Positions 1-9,567 of a DNA stretch of 64,000 nucleotides are shown piece by piece. Made by a program: the position numbers and the translations under genes. The stretch is from positions 55,598 through 119,597 of the forward strand of contig CAYSQA010000001.1 of assembly GCA_964433225.1 (NCBI GenBank), given 5' to 3'. Each line of letters starts with the position of its first letter. Position 1 is the first letter of the stretch. This stretch comes from an uncultured Pseudomonadales bacterium (lineage in GTDB: Bacteria > Patescibacteriota > Microgenomatia > UBA1400 > PJMF01). The notes beneath the pieces were generated by a model, which made no database searches, was not told the origin of the DNA, and saw only the letters and a list, made by a program, of their open reading frames with translations.

Positions 1-692
1 GGCAGAACACCTGGCAAATTGCCACTCCTGAATCTGTAGCCCTGCCTTCCTTGTCCTGGCTGGGTCCAACTTTAATCGGTCTGGGGTATGCGTTCGGCGT
101 AGGTACCACCTACGCGTACATCGCCACTTCAGAAACCTACGCCGCGAAAGTGGCGAGTTGGGAAATGGAAGCGTTGACTCCGGAAACCCAGGTCATTGTC
201 CTTGGGTATGAAGGGGTCGTCACCACAACCTATTCACTGACCGGCGAAATCCCCAGCCTTACCAGCTGGGAACAGGCAAATGCTGAGTGGAATAAGTTGT
301 ACGCAACCGCGTCAACCATTCCGTTGACAGCAACTGCCAACATCGGAATGGACCAAAAGACCTTCAAAGGGCCGGCTGGCTCGACCTTTACCCTGACATA
401 TATCGGTTTATCCAGCATGTGTCACATGAACCTGTTCACCCATCTGATGTGGTGGGACGGGAACCAGTGGCAACACAAGATGTTCGAGTCCAACATCAAC
501 CGGTCTGATGGTCCTTGCAAGCCGTGGGACTTTGTGGACATTTTCAGGCAACTAGCTGACAAAATCAGCGAATTTGCCAAAAACCTAACCACAGAACAAT
601 GGTTTTCTAGCAATGCCTACAAGGTCACTGAAGACCTAATGTACTTTGCCTTGAAAATGATTACAATCATCCTCAAGGGCATGGTCCCGTAA
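1..692 (+). CDS. hypothetical protein, 5'-partial (ORF open to window start; listed start at 51 is TTG). The segment is much more GC-rich (~50% by eye) than the rest of the window.
   Basis: Open reading frame in frame 3 from nt 3 with no upstream stop. No recognisable motifs. Followed by hairpins and a T-run at 720-790. Confidence 0.45.
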   Translation, partial: QNTWQIATPESVALPSLSWLGPTLIGLGYAFGVGTTYAYIATSETYAAKVASWEMEALTPETQVIVLGYEGVVTTTYSLTGEIPSLTSWEQANAEWNKLYATASTIPLTATANIGMDQKTFKGPAGSTFTLTYIGLSSMCHMNLFTHLMWWDGNQWQHKMFESNINRSDGPCKPWDFVDIFRQLADKISEFAKNLTTEQWFSSNAYKVTEDLMYFALKMITIILKGMVP

Positions 693-767
693 AGCAAATC
701 GAGTGTGAATCAGAAGTCTCGCTGTCGGTATCAACTGACAGCGGGGCTTCCCGCTCATATAAATACA

Positions 768-790
768 CCACTTTAATAAGTGGTTTTTTT
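768..790 (+). terminator. rho-independent terminator (stem CCACTT/AAGTGG followed by T7)
   Basis: ccactttaataagtgg + ttttttt directly after the 1..692 ORF. Additional hairpins at 720-743 (CGCTGTC...GACAGCG) and 744-757 (GCGGGGCTTCCCGC). Confidence 0.55.
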
Positions 791-1985
791 AAGTCAATTT
801 ACCCAATGAAGACAGTTGTTTATATCTGATTAATTGTGGCACCAACAATCCAACCATCACTAACCCCAGAATCCACGCAAACTCATTCGGTGAACTTTGT
901 TCAATCATGTCACCAATAAAATAAGCTAATAAAACAAATGGTAAATCAGATAATAACGCCATTGTTGATAAAGCAGTCGCTCGGTTTTTTGAGTCAATAA
1001 ACTCATTTAATAATAAAGATTTCGAATTATTAAAAGTAGTCGAGCTACTAATTCTGATAAAAATCAAAAACATGCCCCCAATTACTCCCACCCATTTGGC
1101 GCCCAAGAAAGAAACCACCAAAAATAATGAAGCCAAAACAGCCAATTTTCCTGCAGAGAACTTAGCCCTCAATTTGGGATAATAATGAGCTGCCAAAGCT
1201 GCTACCAAATAGCCAAAACCAAACAATAAGCCGACTTCTTTACCACCCAAACCGTATTCTCTAGCTTGAGAGATTCCCAAGATTTTAGCTGCAATCACAT
1301 AACCTGCCGCAATAGTAATTAAAATGAAAGTAATTGAGCGGTTTTTTTTCTGAGCAAAAAGTTCTTTAAAACCAGTTAAGTTTTGTTTTAAGTATGTTTT
1401 AAAAGAAAAAACTTGTGAATCTACTTTTGGCTCAACTAAAAAGAAACTTAAGCCTAGTGCCACCAACGTAAAAACTAGAGTAACCACATAAGGTAGGGTT
1501 GGATCTAGATCAAACATCCACCCTCCCAAGATTGCAGAAATAAATAAAGCCAACCAACTAAAAGTTTCATTCTTTGCCACTACTTGAACAAAGAGCCCTT
1601 CATTTTTTTCATCTTTAAGGGTGTCATATTGCAAAGACTCTAATGCCCCAGACCATAAGGCTTGGGATAAACCTTGAATCAATCTAGCTACTAAAAACCA
1701 CCAAAAAGTCTTTCCCACAATAATCAGTAAAAAAGAAATTGCGCCAAAAACTCTTGACAAGATTAGGGTTTTCTTTCTGCCAATCACATCAGCAATGGCC
1801 CCAGTGGGAATCTCTAATAAACTCCCGGCAATGGTCGTAGCAGCACCAATTAAAGCGACTTCTTTAAAATCAAGAAACTGTAAAAAATAAAATATCCAGA
1901 TAGCAATCGGAAAATAAAGTTCCCATTGAAACACTAACAACCAAGAAATGAAAATATTTCTTGAATACTTTGGTTTGGCAGTCAT
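789..1985 (-). CDS. MFS-type membrane transporter
   Basis: 398 aa, ~12 hydrophobic segments, MFS-like loop motif (GAIADVIGRKKTL) between TM2 and TM3. Confidence 0.7.
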   Translation of the reverse strand: MTAKPKYSRNIFISWLLVFQWELYFPIAIWIFYFLQFLDFKEVALIGAATTIAGSLLEIPTGAIADVIGRKKTLILSRVFGAISFLLIIVGKTFWWFLVARLIQGLSQALWSGALESLQYDTLKDEKNEGLFVQVVAKNETFSWLALFISAILGGWMFDLDPTLPYVVTLVFTLVALGLSFFLVEPKVDSQVFSFKTYLKQNLTGFKELFAQKKNRSITFILITIAAGYVIAAKILGISQAREYGLGGKEVGLLFGFGYLVAALAAHYYPKLRAKFSAGKLAVLASLFLVVSFLGAKWVGVIGGMFLIFIRISSSTTFNNSKSLLLNEFIDSKNRATALSTMALLSDLPFVLLAYFIGDMIEQSSPNEFAWILGLVMVGLLVPQLIRYKQLSSLGKLT

Positions 1986-1989
1986 GTCT

Positions 1990-3297
1990 TTATAAAGATT
2001 CGATACCCTTTAACAACACTTCATCTTGCTCTGTTTCAGGATCATTTTTTACTTCAACATCCACTGGAATGCCTTCCTCATGAATCCATTCTCCTTCTGG
2101 CATTAACCAACGACCAATCGTGATATGCACCCCTCCACCATTAGATAGTTCTCTTCTATCCTGGACAGTCCCCTTACCAAAAGTTCTTTCTCCTACCAAC
2201 TTTGCCCCAACATTATCCTTTAAAGCTCCAGCGACAATTTCAGAAGCAGAAGCACTGCCTTTATTAACAAGGACAATCGTTGGTATACCGACTAATCTAG
2301 CCTTACCTTTGGCACTAAAATCTCTAGTCTGAACCTTACCTTTTTGAGAAACAACTATTCCACTCTTAAAAAACTCACTAGCAACAGTAATTGAGGTATC
2401 AAAAAACCCACCTGGATTATTTCTGACATCCAATACTATGCCTGAGAGAGTCGATTTATTGGCCAAAATCTTCTCGACAGCGTCGTTCCATTCAGCTTCA
2501 GTTCTTTCACCAAATCTGGTTAATTTAAGATAAGCAACTTTTTTACCAGCATGTTCAACAAACTCTAACTCTACTGATTTGACAACAATCTCATCTCTGA
2601 TGATCTCTATCTCAAAAGGGCCTCTTTCTTTATCAGTAAGTCGATAAAGAGTTAGAGTAACTGGCTCTCCTTTGCCACCTCGGATACTATTAACTGCTTT
2701 GTTTAAAGACCAACCAGTCGTATCTTCATCCAATCCAGTTTTCTTATCTTCAACATGAATAATCAAGTCTCCAGCTTCTACCCCAGCTTTTTGTGCTGGA
2801 CTATCATCTAACGGAGCCACTACTGCCAAGGTGTTATCAATATAACCAAGCTCAATACCCACTCCATAAAAACTACCAGCCAAATCTTCTCCATTGCGTT
2901 GATTATCCTCTGGAGGCAAATAGGCTGTATAGGGATCACCCAAAGAAGCAGTCATGCCAGCAATTGCCCCATGCACCATTTTTTCGGCATCAAGTTTTTC
3001 CGGTTCTAAGTATTCCTTTTCCAAATAACCCCAAACTTCCCAAAAGGTATTAAAGTTAACAGTATCATCCTGTGGCTTGGGGTCACCGGTTAACCTTGAA
3101 GACTGCCTGATTTGTTCTTTGGAAATTGAGCTTGAAATAAATGCAATTTTTTCCAAACCAAATGGCAATTTACCTGTTTTAGAGAATTGAAAACCAATTA
3201 GCGCTCCCACCCACAACAATAAAATAACCACCACTGTATTGAGTAGGTTTTGCAGATTAAAAATCTGATTTTTTTTGGGTAAAGTAATTGATTTCAT
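1990..3297 (-). CDS. C-terminal processing peptidase (S41 family) with PDZ domain
   Basis: N-terminal TM anchor. PDZ-like segment (VVAPLDDSPAQKAGVEAGDLII). S41 catalytic region (VLVNKGSASASEIVAGAL...GERTFGKGTVQ). Confidence 0.85.
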   Translation of the reverse strand: MKSITLPKKNQIFNLQNLLNTVVVILLLWVGALIGFQFSKTGKLPFGLEKIAFISSSISKEQIRQSSRLTGDPKPQDDTVNFNTFWEVWGYLEKEYLEPEKLDAEKMVHGAIAGMTASLGDPYTAYLPPEDNQRNGEDLAGSFYGVGIELGYIDNTLAVVAPLDDSPAQKAGVEAGDLIIHVEDKKTGLDEDTTGWSLNKAVNSIRGGKGEPVTLTLYRLTDKERGPFEIEIIRDEIVVKSVELEFVEHAGKKVAYLKLTRFGERTEAEWNDAVEKILANKSTLSGIVLDVRNNPGGFFDTSITVASEFFKSGIVVSQKGKVQTRDFSAKGKARLVGIPTIVLVNKGSASASEIVAGALKDNVGAKLVGERTFGKGTVQDRRELSNGGGVHITIGRWLMPEGEWIHEEGIPVDVEVKNDPETEQDEVLLKGIESL

Positions 3298-3344
3298 ATG
3301 AACGACTTATTGTAACCCTTCAGCCTCATCAGGTACAGAGAAAT

Positions 3345-5126
3345 TTATTTGACCGTCACACTTTTAGCTAGATTTCTTGGCTTATCAGGGTCATTACCTA
3401 ATTTAATCGCCAAGTAGTAAGCCAAAAGCTGAAAAGGAATGACCTTAGTAATTGGGTCAAGTTCCCCAAGTTCAGGTGCAACCAAATGCACATCAAAAAA
3501 ATCATTGTTTTCTTGAGCAATACCGACTACCTTAGCACCTCTAGCCTTAACTTCCGCCAAAGCACTAATAACTTCATGTTGTTCCTGAATATCTCCTCCC
3601 ACAATACCAATTACAAAAGTGCCTTTTTCAATCAAAGCGATTACCCCATGTTTTAGTTCTCCAGCTGAAAAACCTTCAAAGTGCTTATAACTGATCTCCT
3701 TGACTTTTAAAGCACCCTCCAAAGCAGTATAAAAATGTTGATTTTTACCCAAAACAAAGACGTGTTCTTGATTGGCTAATTGTTGAGCTAGTTTTTTAAA
3801 TACTGTTTGGTGGTGGTGATCTGAAAAGTATGCTTGAAGTTGGTCAGCCAGTTGACGAATATTTTGTTGAGCTTGATCATATTTTCCCATGACTGTTTGA
3901 GCTAATAAATAACCCCAAACCAACTGAGACGTATAAGCTTTAGTGGAAGCAACACAAATTTCTGGACCTGATCTGGAAAAAAATTGGTAATCAGAAAATC
4001 TGGTCAAAGTTGAACCAACCATATTAACAATACTAGCCACCTCAACTTGTTTTTCTTTCAATTGTTCAATAACTGCTAACGTATCGGCTGTTTCTCCACT
4101 TTGACTAACCGCAATCACCAAATCTTTTTGGGTAATTAGGGGCAAATAATTTGCTGATTCATAAGCTTTAAGTTCAAAAGCATTAATCCTAACCGTCCTT
4201 AAAAACCTAGCAATTTGCCCAGCAGCAAAAGCCGCTGTACCAGCTCCCAGTGTATAAACTTTGTCAGCCATCTTGATTTTATTAACCAACTTAGAAAAAT
4301 CTTGCTCACTATAACTAGCTGCTTCGATTACCGTGTGTTGTTGCTCAAAAATCTCCTTGACCATAAAGTGCGGAAAGCCATCTTTATCTATCTTTTCTGC
4401 TTGTTGGGTCAAGAGATGTTTCTTAAAATTAAGTTTTTTGCCTGTTTTAACAGCAAACAATTGCACATTCCCATGACTAATTTCCACTAATTGGCCATCT
4501 AATACATAAATTAGTTCAGGCACATTGCCCAATAAAGGCATCGTGTCAGAAGCCAAATAAACTTCTTGTCGACCGACTCCCACTACCAACGGAGAACCTT
4601 GCCGAACAGCAATAATTGTTTCGGTTAATTTATCCAAAACTACAAAAGTATTTCTGCCTGTTAACTGCAAAAAAGTTTGGCTAACAGCAACTCTCAAGTC
4701 TTTAGTCTGCTGTAGCTGATAGTGCAGTAAATGTACAATTACCTCGGTATCGGTTTGGGTGGTAAATTTATAACCAAGTTTTTTAAGTTGGTCTTTGAGT
4801 GGCAAAAAATTTTCAACAATACCATTTTGTACTACTGCAAATCTGCCATCAATTGATAAATGAGGGTGAGCATTATTCTTAGTCACGCCACCATGAGTTG
4901 CCCACCGAGTGTGACCAATCCCAAGCAAAGAAGGTTTTTTGTTTTTAGCAGCCAAACCAGTAATTTGGCCAGTTTTTTTATCAATAAAAATACCATGATC
5001 AGTAGTTAGAGCTACGCCCCAAGAGTCATAACCACGATACTCCATAGTCTTGAGCCCCGTAATAATTTTATTTGCTACTTGGGTTTGGTTGTTGAGGTTA
5101 CTACTGTAACCAATAATGCCACACAT
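3345..5126 (-). CDS. glmS: glutamine--fructose-6-phosphate aminotransferase
   Basis: N-terminal MCGIIGY (Ntn Cys2). Two SIS domains. Length 593 aa, typical for GlmS. Confidence 0.9.
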   Translation of the reverse strand: MCGIIGYSSNLNNQTQVANKIITGLKTMEYRGYDSWGVALTTDHGIFIDKKTGQITGLAAKNKKPSLLGIGHTRWATHGGVTKNNAHPHLSIDGRFAVVQNGIVENFLPLKDQLKKLGYKFTTQTDTEVIVHLLHYQLQQTKDLRVAVSQTFLQLTGRNTFVVLDKLTETIIAVRQGSPLVVGVGRQEVYLASDTMPLLGNVPELIYVLDGQLVEISHGNVQLFAVKTGKKLNFKKHLLTQQAEKIDKDGFPHFMVKEIFEQQHTVIEAASYSEQDFSKLVNKIKMADKVYTLGAGTAAFAAGQIARFLRTVRINAFELKAYESANYLPLITQKDLVIAVSQSGETADTLAVIEQLKEKQVEVASIVNMVGSTLTRFSDYQFFSRSGPEICVASTKAYTSQLVWGYLLAQTVMGKYDQAQQNIRQLADQLQAYFSDHHHQTVFKKLAQQLANQEHVFVLGKNQHFYTALEGALKVKEISYKHFEGFSAGELKHGVIALIEKGTFVIGIVGGDIQEQHEVISALAEVKARGAKVVGIAQENNDFFDVHLVAPELGELDPITKVIPFQLLAYYLAIKLGNDPDKPRNLAKSVTVK

Positions 5127-5229
5127 GGTGTTCCCTTCTTTTTTGAAAGCAAAACCTTCAAAAAAATATTTGTTAAAAACGCTATAACAAAGTAACTACA
5201 CTAAAATTAGTGAGTTCACGCCGTAGATA

Positions 5230-5475
5230 GCTATAAAGGGAAATAATGAAGGGGTGTGAAGTTGTCTTTGGCCCAAAATTTACAGATTGGTTTTAAACTT
5301 CTTCTTGAGGTATACCCATACCTGAGGGTTTCCGCAGATGCTTTCTTTTGTGGTTAGTAAAAAAAGCCCGATTGTTGCCTTTCAAAGCAACCCCTCTTCC
5401 TCGTTTTCCAGACTTATAAGCAAAATCTGGACCACACGCTCTTTTCTTGCAAGCAACATTTGCTCACCTTTAAGA
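5230..5475 (-). ncRNA. candidate glmS ribozyme/riboswitch within the ~450-nt glmS 5' UTR (tentative)
   Basis: Unusually long leader. The minus-strand transcript contains ...GGUCCAGAUUUUGCUUAUAAGUCUGGAAAACGAGGAAGAGGGGUUGCUUUGAAAGGCAACAAUCGGGC..., which resembles the conserved ACGAGGA-GGAGG core plus hairpin of glmS ribozymes. Not validated by a covariance model. Confidence 0.3.
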
Positions 5476-5515
5476 AAAAGCATAGCAACCTCAACTTAAA
5501 ATGTCAAAAAATCCA

Positions 5516-5552
5516 CCCCAAACAAATTCCGCACCTCTTATGGTGCGGAATT
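5516..5552 (-). terminator. probable terminator after rpsR (10-bp stem TTCCGCACC/GGTGCGGAA, weak U-tract)
   Basis: Perfect hairpin at 5527-5550, then T-rich run on the minus strand. Confidence 0.4.
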
Positions 5553-5579
5553 AATTACTTTCAAAACTAAAACAAATTT

Positions 5580-5777
5580 TTAGACGGTTTGAGTAAATGG
5601 CAACAAGGCTAAGTGTCTAGCTCTCTTGATTGCCTTTTCCAAACGACGTTGTTGTTTTTGAGTTAGACCAGTCTTTGAACGTGGCACAATCATGCCTTGT
5701 TCGGTGACAAATCTCTTCAACTCTTCTGGTCGAGCGTAAGAGAAATCGGTTACTCTAGGTCTTCTTTTATTTAACAT
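5580..5777 (-). CDS. rpsR: 30S ribosomal protein S18
   Basis: 65 aa. RRPRV...[14 protein letters not shown] signature. In rpsF-ssb-rpsR order. Confidence 0.9.
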   Translation of the reverse strand: MLNKRRPRVTDFSYARPEELKRFVTEQGMIVPRSKTGLTQKQQRRLEKAIKRARHLALLPFTQTV

Positions 5778-5796
5778 AATTCATTCCTTCTAAAAT

Positions 5797-6252
5797 TTAA
5801 AATGGGATGTCATCAGCAACATCTTCAACTTCTGCTACTTGATCTTCAGCAACTGCTTCTTCTACTGAAGCAGCAGCTCCATTACCCTCATCACTACTGG
5901 TGGAACCACCCTTAGAATTACTAAGTAACATCATGTTATCGATCACAATCTCGGTAACCCGTCTATCTTCACCACTTTCGGTTTTCCAATCTCTAGTTTG
6001 AATTCTACCTTCAACGTAAACCTTGTCACCTTTGTGAAGTAACTGACCACAAATCTCAGCTAATTTTGACCAAGCAACGATGTTATGAAAATCAACTCGT
6101 TCTTGTTTCTCGCCACCTTCAGCTGAAGTCCATGATCGATTGGTAGCCAAACCAAAAGAACAAACAGCGGTGCTGTTTGGCGTAAAACGAAGATTTGGAT
6201 CTCTGGTAAGATTTCCGATAAGCATAACTTTGTTTAAAGATCTAACTGACAT
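5797..6252 (-). CDS. ssb: single-stranded DNA-binding protein
   Basis: OB fold (MLIGNLTRDPNLRFTP...) and acidic C-terminal tail ending DDIPF. Confidence 0.9.
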   Translation of the reverse strand: MSVRSLNKVMLIGNLTRDPNLRFTPNSTAVCSFGLATNRSWTSAEGGEKQERVDFHNIVAWSKLAEICGQLLHKGDKVYVEGRIQTRDWKTESGEDRRVTEIVIDNMMLLSNSKGGSTSSDEGNGAAASVEEAVAEDQVAEVEDVADDIPF

Positions 6253-6333
6253 ATTTTCCTTTCGCTCTTTTGTGTCTATTAATGGTTTTTAGTTTAACTT
6301 GCCAAAATGACACAAAAGTAACTTTTCCCTATC

Positions 6334-6690
6334 TTAATTTTCTGGTGAGGCTTGTACCTCTGTTGCCTCGCTACTACCTACTACCATGAGATGTCGAATA
6401 ATTGAGTTATGAAGATAAACTCCTTGTTCAAATTCTGGAGCTTGTTCTGCAACTAAACTCAATCTAAGGTGAACGTAATAAGCTTCATCATAAGATTTGC
6501 CAGCTTTACGAACTGCATAAGCTAAGGGTTTTTTACCCCACATTGTTTCGGAGATAACTTCTCCTTTATATTTTTTGACCAATGCTAAGACTTCTTCTTG
6601 AACTTTTTTGAGTTCGCTGTCGGTATAACCTCCAGAGACCAAATAGGTCAATTCGTAAGTATTAGTCTTGGTTTCGGTCTTCAGCTTCAT
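6334..6690 (-). CDS. rpsF: 30S ribosomal protein S6
   Basis: Start of the S6-SSB-S18 operon. YELTYLV...GEVISETMWGKKPLAY motif. Confidence 0.85.
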   Translation of the reverse strand: MKLKTETKTNTYELTYLVSGGYTDSELKKVQEEVLALVKKYKGEVISETMWGKKPLAYAVRKAGKSYDEAYYVHLRLSLVAEQAPEFEQGVYLHNSIIRHLMVVGSSEATEVQASPEN

Positions 6691-6782
6691 GTTTTCCTTT
6701 CGCTGTGAGCCCTCTGTTTACCTAACTAGAGAGGGAACCAAGTTTTTACTAGGGGTGTATTATAGCAGATTTTATGAGAAAG

Positions 6783-7877
6783 TTATTTGCCGATCATAAA
6801 CTCTACCACATCACCCTCTTGCATTATATAATCCCGACCTTCTTGTCTTACTTTACCAACGTCTTTCAATCCAGGCCAACCATTTGAATTAACAAAATCA
6901 TCATAATTAGCTACTTTGGCCTTAATAAAATGCTTTTCAAAATCAGTATGAATTACCCCCGCTGCTTCTGGGGCAGTCATCCCTTGCCTAATGGTCCAAG
7001 CTCTGACTTCTTTTTCACCAGCAGTCAAAAAACTCTGTAGTTTTAGAGTTTGGTAGGCAACTTTAGCTAATCGCTCCAGTCCACTCTCTGTTAAACCCAA
7101 CTCAGCCAAATATAATTCTTGGTCTTCAGTCGATAAAACCGCAATTTCACTCTCGATTTTGGCACTAACTAACACAATTTGTTCAGCTTTGACTGCCAAC
7201 TTTTTTGCCCACTCGTTTGCTTTGGTAAGTTCAACTTTCAAGACATTTTCATCAACATTAAGCACAAAAATTTCTGGTTTAGAGGTTAATAAATTAAGCT
7301 CTCTAGCATATTTAACTGCATTTTTTTCATCACCATAAGTTGCCATATCTACACTTAACATTCGACCTGCTGCCAAAGTTTTTTGGAACTTCTGGACATA
7401 CTCCCAACGAATAAATAATTCTTTGTTTACTCCTCCCTTTGGTGGTTTTTGTTTTTCCAAAGTCGTTAAGTCAGCTAATTGTAACTCAGTTCTAATTGTC
7501 TCCAAGTCTTCTTCTGGAGAGACTGCTCCTTCACGAATCACATTTTTATCACTAAAAGCTCTCAGCACATGACATATGGCATCGGTTTCTCTGATATGAG
7601 AAAGAAATTGATTGCCAAGTCCTTCACCTTTAGAAGCACCTCTTACTAAGCCAGCGATATCAGTAAACTCCACCACGGCTGGTTTAATCACCGTAGTTTT
7701 AACTACTTCTGCCAATACAGCCAATCTTTTGTCTGGTACTTCAGCAATCCCATTATTGGGTTCAATCGTCGCAAAAGGATAATTAGCAGCCAGTGCTACC
7801 TGTTTTTTCAATAAAGCATTAAATAAAGTAGACTTACCGACATTAGGTAAACCAACAATTCCAATTGATAAAGACAT
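6783..7877 (-). CDS. ychF: ribosome-binding ATPase YchF (Obg-like GTPase family)
   Basis: GIVGLPNVGKSTLFNAL G1 motif. 364 aa with C-terminal TGS-like region. Confidence 0.9.
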   Translation of the reverse strand: MSLSIGIVGLPNVGKSTLFNALLKKQVALAANYPFATIEPNNGIAEVPDKRLAVLAEVVKTTVIKPAVVEFTDIAGLVRGASKGEGLGNQFLSHIRETDAICHVLRAFSDKNVIREGAVSPEEDLETIRTELQLADLTTLEKQKPPKGGVNKELFIRWEYVQKFQKTLAAGRMLSVDMATYGDEKNAVKYARELNLLTSKPEIFVLNVDENVLKVELTKANEWAKKLAVKAEQIVLVSAKIESEIAVLSTEDQELYLAELGLTESGLERLAKVAYQTLKLQSFLTAGEKEVRAWTIRQGMTAPEAAGVIHTDFEKHFIKAKVANYDDFVNSNGWPGLKDVGKVRQEGRDYIMQEGDVVEFMIGK

Positions 7878-7908
7878 AAGTTGTATTGTACTTGATGTTT
7901 AGAAAAAA

Positions 7909-9000
7909 TTATTGAGAAAATAATTGCAAATACTTAGCAAAATCTTGAACAAACAAGTGAGGCTCTTTAGTGAACCACTGTCTCAACTCTTCAAGCTTTA
8001 ACCACTTAATCTTAGCGATTTCATTTTTATTAAAATTAATTTCACTATTCTCTACTGAACTTATAAACCACTGACAAAAAAATTGATTGTCTCCGGATAA
8101 AAACAACTTTGTCTTTTTCTCTAAAGCTAAGTTTTTTAAACCTAGTTCATTTTCAGCAGCCTTAACTATCGCCTGTTCATAAGTTTGGTCACTCTCCACA
8201 AAACTGGCAGCCGCTGGTCCCCATTTTCCTGGATCATTCTTTTTATGAAAAGCTCTTTGAGCTAACAATACTTCACCTGTTTGATTCTTTAACCACAAAC
8301 TTGAGACCCTAAAAATATCTTTTTCTGCTACTGCCTCTTTTAGTTTTTCGGCAACTACTTCATCCCGTTGGTTAACTACGGCATATTTCTTTTTGGTATC
8401 AACATCCAGAATAATATCTAGTTTTTCAGCAACAGCTTGAAAAATTTTCTCATGACCAACCACATTGGGATGTAAACCATCAGCAAAGTCTGTATCAGTC
8501 AAAATAGCTTGTAAATCAATAAAGGTAAAATTTTCTTTTTCACAAACTTCTTTTATTACCTGTGAGTACTGATTAAGATTCGCTTTATCGTAACTCTTTC
8601 CAGTCGTACTTTGAGGCAAAGGGTTAGTTATTTGGTCATCACCTTTGGCCAAACCAACAAAAATAATTCTAGAAGTATATTTTTGAGCTAAATCACTTAA
8701 TTTTTTTAAATTACTTTTAAAAACACTTGACGCTGTAATTGGCTGAGCTTTTGTTTTGATAAAAGCAGCATCATTAGTCCCAATCGCAAAAATAATCACT
8801 TCCGGTTTTCTGGCCTCAGCTTCATTAACAAAACGTTGGAGCAAATCTGTTGAAGTATTTTTATCTATCCCCAAATCATAAACAGAAAAAAACTCATCAC
8901 TGACCTTTTCTAAATGGTTACGCAGTAAATTTGCCCAACCAATTCTAAAAGGTAGTTTAGCTCCCCAGGTAATACTGTCACCAAAGATACAGATATTCAT
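7909..9000 (-). CDS. SGNH/GDSL hydrolase fused to a NUDIX hydrolase domain
   Basis: N-terminal ICIFGDSITWG and GTND/...DGLHPN blocks (SGNH). C-terminal Nudix-box-like (GPAAASFVESDQTYEQAIVKAAENELGL). Confidence 0.6.
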   Translation of the reverse strand: MNICIFGDSITWGAKLPFRIGWANLLRNHLEKVSDEFFSVYDLGIDKNTSTDLLQRFVNEAEARKPEVIIFAIGTNDAAFIKTKAQPITASSVFKSNLKKLSDLAQKYTSRIIFVGLAKGDDQITNPLPQSTTGKSYDKANLNQYSQVIKEVCEKENFTFIDLQAILTDTDFADGLHPNVVGHEKIFQAVAEKLDIILDVDTKKKYAVVNQRDEVVAEKLKEAVAEKDIFRVSSLWLKNQTGEVLLAQRAFHKKNDPGKWGPAAASFVESDQTYEQAIVKAAENELGLKNLALEKKTKLFLSGDNQFFCQWFISSVENSEINFNKNEIAKIKWLKLEELRQWFTKEPHLFVQDFAKYLQLFSQ

Positions 9001-9003
9001 CTT

Positions 9004-9561
9004 TTAATCTTTTTGTAAAGTTTTTTTGAACTCTAGTTTTAATAAATCTTGACTAAAATGAGCTAAACCAAACCTAATAGCAAACTTATCACCACTAAAT
9101 TTTTGTTTGGCAAAAGCAACCATCCTGGCGTAGGTTGTCAAAAAACCATCTACTCTTGTAAGTGGCGAAACTTGGTTGAGACCAACAGATAAAATTGTTT
9201 CATCTTCAGATTGTGCGATTTGCCAATCTGATTCAGGTTGAATTTTTTTATTATCATCAAATAAAAGAAATAAGCCATAAACTTTGGCTCCAGAAAAACC
9301 AAATCTTATTCTTGAAGGATGTTTTTGAATTCCAGCAAGAAACGTCTCGACCTCAACCCCTAAGCCTCTGGCAACAGCGTAAAGCTTACTTGTAATTTCT
9401 ACTGAATCTTCTTTTTTAACGGTACTTCCCCATGACACTACCAAACCAACACCACTTTCTATCACCACCTCGTAATCAAAACCTTTCAATTCTTTTTCTA
9501 AAGCTTGTAAAAAGTTGTGTTTAATAGCTTCAGGATTAGCTTGCGGAGTGTGTTCAAACAT
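9004..9561 (-). CDS. hypothetical protein
   Basis: 185-aa ORF packed between NUDIX genes (3-6 nt spacers). No motif recognised. Confidence 0.5.
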   Translation of the reverse strand: MFEHTPQANPEAIKHNFLQALEKELKGFDYEVVIESGVGLVVSWGSTVKKEDSVEITSKLYAVARGLGVEVETFLAGIQKHPSRIRFGFSGAKVYGLFLLFDDNKKIQPESDWQIAQSEDETILSVGLNQVSPLTRVDGFLTTYARMVAFAKQKFSGDKFAIRFGLAHFSQDLLKLEFKKTLQKD

Positions 9562-9567
9562 ATTAAT

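Noticed and set aside
2120-2332. 70-aa + strand ORF inside the S41 peptidase gene. The same applies to the other antisense ORFs at 2793..3053, 4215..4490, 9195..9395, 10315..10605, 15173..15361, 16713..17048, 17941..18458, 19174..19538, 20167..20370, 20861..21297, 25460..25973, 27021..27302, 27865..28566, 31100..31527, 32829..33097, 39997..40203, 41617..41955, 46572..46790, 49395..49919, 54019..54741 and 60337..60951.
   Set aside because: Each lies entirely within, or antisense to, a longer ORF with clear homology-type motifs. None has an RBS or recognisable motif of its own. Treated as frame shadows.
6691-6782. Hairpin CCCTCTGTTTACCTAACTAGAGAGGG in the rpsF 5' region, considered as an S6 autoregulatory leader
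   Set aside because: It is a single imperfect hairpin without a T-run. There is not enough evidence to call a regulatory RNA, and it may be nothing more than spacer structure.
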